NCBI GenBank assembly: GCA_002794465.1
Contig: MTSL01000205.1
Span: forward strand, 24,229 to 56,228
Direction: 5' to 3'
Length of the DNA stretch: 32,000 nucleotides
Source of the DNA: Paramicrosporidium saccamoebae KSL3
Lineage: Eukaryota; Fungi; Cryptomycota
Of this stretch, positions 18,842-28,640 are shown one piece after another. The number at the start of each line of letters is the position of its first letter. Position 1 is the stretch's first letter. The position numbers were made by a program, and so were the translations under genes. The notes beneath the pieces are model-generated. The model was not told where the DNA came from. It searched no databases and saw only the letters and a list, made by a program, of their open reading frames with translations.

Positions 18842-19082
18842 ATGGTTCATTCAGACGTCTGGTGTACTCGCCCCCACACTTTTGGAAAGGGTTCCCGCGA
18901 ATGGTACATTAACTAGCCAGTCTACTAACAAATTAGCCGCGTGTGCACCCACCGTGCCGGTCTCATCCGCAAGTACCACTTGAACATGTGCCGTCAGTGC
19001 TTCCGTGAATACTCTGGTGACATTGGTTTCAAGAAGGCATCCATCCTTTTACGGCTGTTTTAATTGTCTTTAGTATCGCTAA
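18842..19082 (+). CDS. RPS29: 40S ribosomal protein S29 (uS14), 56 aa, 2 introns (absent from ORF track)
   Basis: Exons 18842-18903, 18937-19036, 19074-19082. Intron 1 is 33 nt with a perfect TACTAAC at 18923-18929; intron 2 is 37 nt and GC-AG. Spliced: [56 protein letters not shown], with both CxxC pairs. Confidence 0.93.
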
Positions 19083-19225
19083 ATGTCTCCTGCCACCATA
19101 CCGAAGAATCTCGAGTGACGAAATAAACATATTAAACTAAAGCCAAGACACTGGGTGTGCGAGAGGTCTATCCACGCCACTGGATGAGTAGTAGGCCTAT
19201 TATTCACACGGGTTGGGCGAGCAGT

Positions 19226-19305
19226 AGATGCATCCACGCCAATGAATGAGGATCCACACCAGTTACTGAGAGTGCACACCAGTTAATGAGGATCCACGCC
19301 ACCAC
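19226..19305 (+). repeat. Tandem repeat, four degenerate 20-nt units
   Basis: AGATGCATCCACGCCAATGA / ATGAGGATCCACACCAGTTA / CTGAGAGTGCACACCAGTTA / ATGAGGATCCACGCCACCAC. A related TATCCACGCCA lies near 19169. Confidence 0.8.
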
Positions 19306-19454
19306 CAATCCACCCTACATCATGCTAGCCCACACTAACCCATACCAATCTACTCCACTTTACACCAACCCAATTCACTCAATACCACTCCACATCATAC
19401 ATAGTATATAGCTTACAGTTTGTTAAGCAGACTCTCGATGGTGCCGGGAGTGGG

Positions 19455-20474
19455 ATGGACTCGGAGGAGGAGGGTCGGTTCTTGGCCACGGCTTATCGTT
19501 TCCTGTCGGGAATTTCCTATGGAGGGCCAATTCAGCACCTTCGCTATCCCATTCCCGGTTCAGGGATGGCACTGTCACCTTCAACGCCGCGCGAAGATGG
19601 GTTAAAGATTGCCGAGGCTAAAGACTGGCTTCATAGTGTCGCTCACATCCCATTTGTAAATACAAAGGTAAAATTGCTCCCTCCAAAGGGTGGTAGTGCG
19701 CTTTGTGTCTTTTCCCTAAAGGGACATGTACCACCGGCGGTGCGAAAGGCAAAGGGACGCCCAGATGAAGACTGTTCAAAAGACTTTTTTCGCCAGCCAA
19801 ATCGAAAAGTACAGTCTTATCGGCATCTTCTGCCGCACTTGGACAGTGAAACCAGTGAAGAGGAGGGGGATCCATATAATCCCAACTTTCTTGACGATCC
19901 CGAGCTTCGCACGGGCAAACACCGAACCGTCATTGCCTTAACGTCCTTCCTGGGATCCATAAACCATTTTACAAAGGCAGAGTTTTTGAAGCGCGAGCTG
20001 AATGAAAAGTTTAGAAAGCTTCATCCAAGCATTCATCCGACTTTGACGCTTAGCCAGCTCCGAAATCTAAAGACACGTCTCCTTCACGTTGCACTATCTG
20101 CCTCCCTGGAGCTATCCACTGTTGCTCGCTCCTACGCGTATCTGGAGAAATTGGTACTCTTACGGGCCGTGCACAAGCGAAACAGACGAGTCGTTGGCGG
20201 TTGTTGTCTTGTGCTGGCGGCTAAGGCGACTGATACAAAGAGCGTGGATTATGGAATGCTTCTTGGAAGATTAGCAAGTGATCTGGGCGTAGCGCGGAGA
20301 GAGCTGGTGGAACTGGAATTTGGAGTGCTCTCAGGCCTGCATTTTCGTTTACAAATACCTGAGAGAGAGTATGGTGCGCATCTGGAACGGATCCTCAGCC
20401 AATTGGACTATTCAAATCTACAGGAATACTTGGGGGAGCGGATGCATGAAAGTTGGCAAATGACCTTGGAATAG
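19455..20474 (+). CDS. CABLES (Cdk5/Abl enzyme substrate)-like protein with a C-terminal cyclin-like fold, 339 aa
   Basis: N-terminal FLATAYRFLSGISY. C-terminal YNPNFLDDPELRTGKHRTVI...LKRELNEKFR..HP...LTLSQLRNLK...TVARSYAYLEKLVL...NRRVVGGCCLVLAAK...LEFGVLSGLHFRL follows the CABLES signature known from animal proteins. Confidence 0.85.
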   Translation: MDSEEEGRFLATAYRFLSGISYGGPIQHLRYPIPGSGMALSPSTPREDGLKIAEAKDWLHSVAHIPFVNTKVKLLPPKGGSALCVFSLKGHVPPAVRKAKGRPDEDCSKDFFRQPNRKVQSYRHLLPHLDSETSEEEGDPYNPNFLDDPELRTGKHRTVIALTSFLGSINHFTKAEFLKRELNEKFRKLHPSIHPTLTLSQLRNLKTRLLHVALSASLELSTVARSYAYLEKLVLLRAVHKRNRRVVGGCCLVLAAKATDTKSVDYGMLLGRLASDLGVARRELVELEFGVLSGLHFRLQIPEREYGAHLERILSQLDYSNLQEYLGERMHESWQMTLE

Positions 20475-20479
20475 TTTAT

Positions 20480-21241
20480 TCACCTTCCCACCACGGGGAT
20501 ATTGCTCTTTTTGTACAGCCATAACGTACCCTCAAGGTCTCCCACTAAGATCCTAGACTCAGCAAAGCTCAATAGCCGGATGATTGGGGATTGTCTTCGT
20601 GGATGTTTTAATAGGGTGACTTTGTCGTCTTGAAGTATGCAGACTTGTCCATTTTGTAATCCAATTAGGGTCAATGTGTCATCATTAAATACTGTTGTAA
20701 TTTTGGCGTTCACTTTCAATGTCTGGCCCTCTGGCAATCTTGGAACGTGTTCATGAAAATAAAGAGTGTCATCCTCAGTCTCTGATGGGGCATCCCCCAC
20801 AACTTTTATTCCATGACAATCAAATAACCGCAGTCCATCGGGTCCCTGAATGCAGATGACCCCTTCCCTCACCTGCATAGTGTCAGTTTCACCCATCTCA
20901 ATCTTTGCCAAGACCTGCGAACACGCCAGACTCACCAGCCAAAGGTCTTTTCCCCTCAGCATAACAATTGCGTCATCCCCGTTTGGCGTGATCAGCCATT
21001 CTAGCGAGTGTGCTGTGCAGGAAAGGTGACTCAGCAGGTCAAAGTGTCCTTCACCCAGTGCATCAGTGTCAAAGACGAACAGCCCACCCTCAGTCAATGC
21101 TGCGCAGAGGTTGGCAAATGGTGCATGGTGTGGCGCCATCTTTACGTCCAGCAATTTACCATTCTGCTTGACAATCTTGAGCAGTGTGTAATTGCCATCG
21201 ACAGGATAGTCGTTGTCTGTAGCCTTTCGTTTACGCGCCAT
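20480..21241 (-). CDS. Divergent WD40/beta-propeller-like protein, N-terminal basic NLS-like motif, 253 aa
   Basis: Open 253-aa ORF with ATG. RKRK at the N-terminus; beta-strand-like segments and WD-type ends (LIGLQNGQVCILQ, ILVGDLEGTLWLY). Weak resemblance to EED/LRWD1-type N-terminal blades. Confidence 0.55.
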   Translation of the reverse strand: MARKRKATDNDYPVDGNYTLLKIVKQNGKLLDVKMAPHHAPFANLCAALTEGGLFVFDTDALGEGHFDLLSHLSCTAHSLEWLITPNGDDAIVMLRGKDLWLVSLACSQVLAKIEMGETDTMQVREGVICIQGPDGLRLFDCHGIKVVGDAPSETEDDTLYFHEHVPRLPEGQTLKVNAKITTVFNDDTLTLIGLQNGQVCILQDDKVTLLKHPRRQSPIIRLLSFAESRILVGDLEGTLWLYKKSNIPVVGR

Positions 21242-21326
21242 CTAATTAAAAAATATGTATTTGTGTGGTTGGAGGCGAGTCTAGTCTTTGTAACAGCTTT
21301 CTATTGTGATGGAATTGCTGATCCTT

Positions 21327-21414
21327 GTGTTTGTAATCGAGATCTATTATCCTGTCCATATTTATGGCCCGTGTTTGCGATCAAGATTCACCACTACTCT
21401 TGGTCCATATTTAC
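21327..21414 (+). repeat. Degenerate direct duplication, two units of ~38-44 nt
   Basis: GTGTTTGTAATCGAGATC...GTCCATATTTA (21327-21364) versus GTGTTTGCGATCAAGATT...GTCCATATTTA (21371-21414). Confidence 0.65.
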
Positions 21415-21469
21415 GACCCTTTATTCCTGGTCTATGTTCGTCATGTGCTTACGCATGAACTTGATAATT

Positions 21470-22270
21470 CTAATATGACAAGACTGGCTTCACACTTGCA
21501 TAGTAATTGGCCGGCAGCGCTTCTTGAAGTTCTTCCTTGGTAAGCCAGGCGTAAGAGCGCGCTGATTGATTGGGAGTAAAGACTAATTTTCCTCCAACAA
21601 GCTGCGATCTCAAAAAAAAGGTCTAAACATGAACATTATCGTCAATTCGGCTTACCTTGATGCCAAAAGGCGCAGCAATTCGATCAGACATTGTCTCTTT
21701 ATGATACGCCACAGGCGTATTTCCGACATGATAAATTTCGCACTCCTTGCCTACCAACTCTCCGAAGAACCTATGTACGTGTGCTCTTAGACTCACATTC
21801 GCATGCGAAATTAACACTGATGGAAACCGCCATCCAGCATCGCCCTTGACAACAAAATATAGTTTCCGTTCCAGTTGACGCATCAAGCTGGCTGTATCTT
21901 GTTCTTTATACTCGGCCGGCAGAGGGAATTCGGGCAATATGGCCTCTCTATCTTCTTGAGTCAGCGCCAGTTCACGCTTGTGAGCTGTCATAATATCAAA
22001 TGCGCCGCGTGAATATTCCTCCTGCAATCCGTGGCGATAGGCCTCATAGGCGGACTCGAACTCGGTTGGTGGACGAAGAATAATTGGATTACGTACCAGT
22101 ATACCTGCAGCATGCACCATATACGATGCATCTTTTAGCAAAACATTATCCGCCTCTATGCTGCTCGGTTCAACCCGTTCCGTGCTATCTAATTTAATTC
22201 CAGTGTCCACTCTAGGGGGATTGGAAAAGTGTCGGATAGTCGTCTGGACATGCCGAATATGGCGGAGCAT
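21470..22270 (-). CDS. MRPL46: Mitochondrial ribosomal protein mL46, 255 aa, 1 intron
   Basis: Exons 22270-21656 and 21622-21470 (33-nt intron, GTAAGC...TTTAG). Basic presequence-like N-terminus; DTASLMRQLERKLYFVVK, WRFP, VGNTPVAY, KTFFLRSQL, AWLTKEEL. Confidence 0.88.
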
Positions 22271-22316
22271 AAAATAAAATTAATTTACAGATGAGCATAT
22301 CTCATATTTCTACGGA

Positions 22317-25300
22317 TCAATAATTCTCCCGATAAGACGTCTCTCCTTCCAACACTTCTTTTTCAATAAAGTCGATTTTGAGTGGGTGTGAATGAGAATG
22401 AATTGAAGCATCGGAAAGTCTTTCTATGTGGACGAGTAGCTGGACACGACAGGGACTAAGGGTAAATAGGGAAAATCTATGATCAAAGGAACTCGCGCCT
22501 TTGTACACGGCTTGAAGACAGCCATCGACGCACACAATGTCTTCAAAGTCAAGTCCGAATTCGTCATCGGCTACATGCAAAGAGGGAAGAGCACGAACAA
22601 CATAGGATTCTTCCTCAGATGGCTCGGCACATGTGACTTTGATGCTAATCTGTAGGAATTCCTGCACAGGCCACTCCCTGATAATGTGGGGACATTTGGA
22701 ATCCGTCTGGACTGCCACAGTAATGTCGCGACGTCGAAGAAACGTAATGATGGTGGGATCCATCAAGGTTGTGGACAAGTCTATGTAGCCCGTCCTGGCC
22801 GGCTCACAGAACCATTGGACTTTTAGCTTTTCGAGTAGTCCCTTCTTGGTCCAGTACCAGGAACGATCAATGTGAGCAATCATCTCGTCAGAGCTACCAA
22901 TCCCTCGGAGAGCAGATAATTGGGAATGGGATATTCTCGGATCCTTGCGGATCACGGAATATGGCAAGTCAAGCCGCTTCATGGGGACGACCAGGCGCTT
23001 GGTAGAATTTCTCAAGACTCTACTCTGCTCAACCGGATCCGTGTCTCCGTTGGTGATTAGAATCCCCAAGTTGTCAGACCGACTATTTACGACATCTATG
23101 ACAACGAGACAATATCCATCTTCCATTGCAGCAGCGTCAACCTCCGTGTCAAGAAAGTGATTTGAAGTGGAGAATTTTCCACAGAGTTGCTGCAAGTTTG
23201 ACTCTGCCGTGTTCTCCTTTTCCTCTGCAGGAGAGTCTATCCGTGGGATAAATTGGTATGGGAGTGCACTTATCCGCGACACGCTGATTCCCGGATACAC
23301 GGTTCCCTGTACCATGCAATCTAACCTCCGGCAAAACCTCGTCTCGGAATCATCCTCCACGGTCGATTCTTGAATGAATGAAATTGTACTCTCTAGCCAT
23401 CCTAGGATGCCCGTGCACTGAAAAGAATAGACGGTGGCCTTTCCCGGTACGATGGCCGACTTTGCTTCATCCAAGAGTTTCACGGGCTCTTGCCGCCTGG
23501 AAAACAGAATTTTATCCATAGTTGTTGTGGTGGAAGCGTCCTTTTCCCAAGTGTGCGTCACTTTTACACAAACTGACTGGACTGGTTCAGTTCCATAATT
23601 CCAGAGAGAGAGGGAAATTGTGTCAAGCTCACCATCGATTAGCGACAGTCTAATTGCGCCTTGATCTTGAATCTTGAGGACAGGTTGTCTGGGGATCACC
23701 ATAATATCAATGTTTGGTCCGGTTGTGGGCAATAAGGACATGCGCACCCCAAAAATACAAGCCTCGGCCCGGCTAATGCAGAGCCGACCAGTAGCCAGCG
23801 GACTGCACATAAAGGCAACTTTTTTGGATTTTGTCCAGGCGGGCAGAGTGAGCGCAATCTCTTCCGAATTAAGTTCCACCGTGTCAGAGACAAGACGTAG
23901 ACCTATTAGATCGATCGGAAAGGAGAATGGGTTGCTGACAATTAGCGTGACGACCAAAGTGCCATGAGAGGCCACGGCAACCTGAAGAGGCTCGCATCTA
24001 GTTTCCTTGGCCGACGGGTTATAAATAAACGTTTCAGAGGTTGCAGGCTTTTTTGTTAATGTCTGGTCAACCTCTCTCCACAGATCTGGGGCAGTACTAT
24101 CAATCCTAAACTCTTCGAGCAGAGGAAGCAAACAAGGAAGTGAATCGGACCCTCTGTTGGACACCCTGTCTAGACGAAATCGGCTTTTGAGCAATTTGGC
24201 AACAATGACCTGCTCCTCATTATCCAGATGCTGGCGAGAATAGCCGAGGAGGGCGCAGTTATATTCGATCAATAAGCGACGGTCTCTATGTGCATCTGAC
24301 AATAATGCTGCCTTTTGGAGGATAGATAATCGAAGGTCGGGCCAGCCGTCGGAACTAGCATTCGCAAGATCGACTTTATAGACCATAAATGTCTTTTGTA
24401 GGACAATCAGCGCAATGGCTTCCTCCTTGTTGGCCGACATTAAAGAGGACAGGGCTTGGAGATAAAAGGCACGCTTCCGACGCATCTTCAAGTCGTCAAA
24501 CCTGCTAATAATTACAGTTAGAGCGTATAGCTTGTCCGAAAAGTTGAGCTGGCGATGTACCGCCCATCCCTGACATAGTGACATTGCTGCTTCGGCAGGA
24601 CTGCCGGCGAAAGCGAGGAGATTAGCAACCGTTCGATGGACATCAAAGGCAAGTAACGGCATGTCAGATTTTTGATAGAGCGGGGCAATCTCGCGGAGCT
24701 TGTCAGGGAGGGCGATCCACAGGATGGCCACAGTGTCCTTTTTCTCAGCCAAGGTCGCTTCGCTCTGCAGAACAAGCGCAATTTGTAGCGCCTCTTGAGA
24801 TGATGCATGCCAGACCAGATCGCCATTCACCTTGGTGTCCTCGGCTGCAGAGACGAGTACCGAGACGGCGTCCTGATAAGCACCACTGAGCAAGTACATA
24901 TCGCCGGTGAGTTTGGCAAGTCGGCTCTCAGTACGTGCTCGCAGCCGTGCTGGATTTGTCAATTTAGCGTCCAGACCTCGGGGCGAATCGATAATTTCTA
25001 GTTCCGATAAGCTCTTCAACTAAGGCATTATATACTTTCCATGGCATGATTTTACAGTGGAATCGAAATGAAGCAAAATAGCGGCCGTCAGTTCTTGCAG
25101 CAAAGTGGAAACATTCGACTTTATCTGAGCGAGGTCCCCATCTGGAATTATTGCCACTTCAGTGCCCGAAATTCCGTCTGGAGGACTGTCGCCAAACAAG
25201 AAGCATCTGACGACCAGACGAGGTTCTGTCTACGAATCAGTGGGTCCAGGACGACAAGTGTACATTTTGTGCATCTTCCCTGAACTCTTGATATTTTTCT

Positions 25301-25681
25301 ACAAAATCCTTGGAAGCAGTGGAGCCAATTCCAATAGACTAAAATTGAGAATACCCAATACATCACACCGCATGAATGCGTCGAAACATTTGGAAATCAT
25401 CAAAGTCGTTCATATCATCACAAAGCTCACTTCCCCTTAAAAAATCCAAGAAAACATCTCCAGCAGCACCAATTCTCCTCGTAAAAACGCCTAAGATTGT
25501 CAGTAGACTCTGGTCCTTTACTATTTTCCGTTCTACCCGTCTTCAAGGATGAGCAGGCGACTGAACAATTGGCCCGTAGCAGTTCCAAATATTGTTCAAA
25601 CTGCTCGTTGGAGATTGTGCCGACTGGGAATATTGCCACCCGAATCCGAAGGGCATCCAGAACACCTCTCCATGCGGACAT
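22317..25681 (-). CDS. TRS120: TRAPPII subunit Trs120/TRAPPC9, ~1077 aa, 4 introns
   Basis: Exons 25681-25522, 25490-25369, 25338-25264, 25229-25056, 25019-22317 (introns of 31, 30, 34 and 36 nt; 3234 nt, in frame). Motifs IRVAIFPVG, DFQMFRRI, RLAKLTGDMYLLSGAYQDA, DLVWHASSQE, KMRRKRAFY, FIYNP, VSNPFSFPI. Confidence 0.88.
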
Positions 25682-25738
25682 TTATGAAAATGCAATAATT
25701 ATTGAATTATTGTATTCCATATATACAACGGCCTGTTA

Positions 25739-28603
25739 ATGCAACAAGGTCGAATGCCTTATGGATATCCACAGAATACCGGAAATAGACCGCAGGGAGT
25801 CCCAGAACAGGCTAATGGACACTTGCCGGGTCAGAGCGGCCACCCTCCAGCTCCTCAGCCTGGACAGTATTCACAGCATGATTACCCGCCCAATGTGGGT
25901 ATAATGAAACAAGCTCCACAGGAACAGGGAGGATATGCACCACCTCGGCCAAACCAATATCCTCAGAACTATCGCCAAGAGTATAGACCACAGCAAGTTC
26001 AACAGACAGTCGCCCTGCCACAGCAGCCCCCCCAAGCATATAATCCAGTGTTGGCAACTGCAGCTCCACAGCAAGCGCAGGCCTCTATGCAAAATACACC
26101 ATATGGTTTGCAGCCGCAAGCCATGCATATCCCGCAGCCCACGATGGCTCGGCCAATGTCCCCACCCCAAGCTGGTCGGCCGCTCCATCCTTCCATGGCG
26201 ACGGCAGCTCAGCCAACAGTGGATCATCTGGCGGGTCAGCTGCAGAATCTATCGACACACTCACAGGCAGGACAGCCAGTTGGAATCATTGGACAGCCCC
26301 TCCCTCTTGGAGACTTGCGAAAGTGTCCCACGTCACCAGTCCACCCGATCATTGATCCTGGGTATCTCCGCGTCACTCTGAATAAGATCCCCAAGACTTC
26401 GGCTGTTCTGCACAAAACAAGGCTTCCCTTTGGTCTAACCGTTACTCCCTACCCGGATCACTTGAAAAATCTGCCGGTTCCCTCCATTGACGGCCCGATT
26501 GTGCGGTGTCGGAGGTGTCGGACGTATTTGAACCCTTTTGTAGAGATGATTGAGCAGGGATCAAAGTGGCGTTGTAATCTCTGTTTTTTGGACAACGACT
26601 GTACCTTTTACCCAGTAACTAAAATGTGTAGTTCCCCCAAATTACGACTACGATTCACAGACGCAAAAGTACATTGAGAGGAGCAGCAAGGCAGAGCTCT
26701 ACCACCCTGTTTACGAATTTATTGCTCCGATGGAGTACATGGTGAGACCACCGCAGCCGCCAGTCTATTTATTCCTGTTGGATGTATCGTATCACTCGGT
26801 CAGCTCTGGTGTGCTATCCACTGCTGCCAGGATAATTCTGGACTCGCTTGACTCGCTTCCTAACGCTCTCGATAGAACAAAAATTGGAATTATGACCGTG
26901 GATAGCACCATTCATTTTTACAACTTGTCAGTCCAGAATGAGGATCCAAAATTGCTAGTGGTTTCTGATTTAAATGACCCGTTCCTCCCATGTATGGATG
27001 ATCTATTAGTTGGAGTTACCGAAGGTCGAGCTCAAGTGGAAAAGCTGCTAAAACGGCTTGCAACTATTTACGCCAACACACAGGATGCCTCCTCGGCTGT
27101 AGGATCGGCCATGTCTGCTGCAATCAAGCTGCTTGCCCCTATTGGCGGTAAAATTGTAGTCATCCAGGCGGCTCTGCCATCGGTGGGTGAGGGGCGAGAA
27201 TTGAATAGGGAAGATAACAGTGTTCTTGGAACTGCAAAGGAAAATAATCTCTTGCAACCTGCCAATAGTTTCTACAAGTCCTTGGCCACGGAATGCTCTC
27301 GCTGCCAGATCTGCATTGACATGTTCCTCTTCCCCATGCCGTACCTAGATGTGGCTACCATTAGTTGTGCCGCCAAGTTTACTGGCGGCAGTGTATTTTT
27401 GTATCCAGGATTCTCCGCTGGCAGCATGGAATGTGTGGAAAAGTTTGCTGGCGATTTGACAAAATTTTTAAAGGACGAAATTGGCTTAGAGGCCGTTGTT
27501 AGAATTAGAGCATCGCAAGGTGTCTCGCTGAACGCCTATCACGGCAGCTTCTTTTTACGCTCGACCGATTTATTGGCCCTACCCAACGTCAATCCTCAGC
27601 ACTCCTATTCTGCGCAAGTGGTGATTGATGAAAATATTAACAGTCAGTTTCTGTGCTTCCAGACTGCTGTGCTGCACACGAATTGTCAAGGAGAGCGCCG
27701 CATCCGAGTCATCAATGCATCGTACCCTGTTAGTGACGATCCTCGGGAGATAATGCTCCATGCCGACGTGGGCGCCATTACTGATCTACTTTTCAAGATG
27801 GCGGTGGAAAAGTCGCTGGCTAACAAGCTGGAGGATGCCCGAGATGCACTCTTGAACAAGATGAACGACATTCTGTTGGCCATCAAAACCGTCTTCCAAA
27901 CAGGACAGAATCCACAACTGCTACTAACAGAAAACTTGAGATTGCTTCCATTGCTGATTTTGTCAATTTTAAAGTCGCCTGCTATTCGGGGAGGCAAGAG
28001 TACAGGTTTGGATTTCAGGGCATATTTTATGGCATTGGCAAAGACTGTCCCGGTGAAAAAGTCTATAATCATGCTGCATCCTTACATATTTGCCGTCCAT
28101 AAAATGACCACAGAGGTAGGATCTGACTCTCTGCATAACATATTTTTTAGGGTAGCAATGAAGCAGGTGAAGTGACCCTTCCAACAGAGATGAATCTTGG
28201 GAGCGAGCACATGGAACGCCATGGATTATATGTGTTGTTTAATGGCCTGGATTTCTACATTTGGATAGGATCACAGGCCCATCCTGAACTGTGTCAACTC
28301 TTATTTGGACATCCATTTGCCAACATCAAAGTGGGCAAGGTATGGCATTGCATTCAGTCTGTATTTTAGGTATCGCTGCCACCTCTTGATAACCCATGGT
28401 CAAAGCGACTGTCGGCAATCATGTCCACCCTCGCCCGTCAGTATGATAGCAACCCAAGCACCATTGTGATCCGCGAGGACAGCGACGAGCAGTTAAAGTC
28501 CACCTTTCTCCTCCAGCTAGTTGAAGACAAGAGCCCTGATGGCCAGCCATCCTACACTGCTTGGGCGGGCGCCCTCCGAGACAAGATTTACGCGTCCAAA
28601 TAA
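25739..28603 (+). CDS. SEC24: COPII coat subunit Sec24, 922 aa, 3 introns
   Basis: Exons 25739-26600, 26632-28115, 28151-28339, 28370-28603 (introns of 31, 35 and 30 nt). P/Q-rich N-terminus, zinc finger RCRRCRTYLNPF...WRCNLC, EYMVRPPQPPVYLFLLDVS trunk, GLEAVVRIRAS, GERRIRV, gelsolin-like C-terminus LVEDK. Confidence 0.95.
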
Positions 28604-28640
28604 GGAAAAGATAATAAATTGCTTTCTTTTGGCGCACGGC

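Noticed and set aside
19330-19345. Telomere-like CTAACCC
   Set aside because: Single hexamer-length match inside a C/A-rich tract; no tandem telomeric array.
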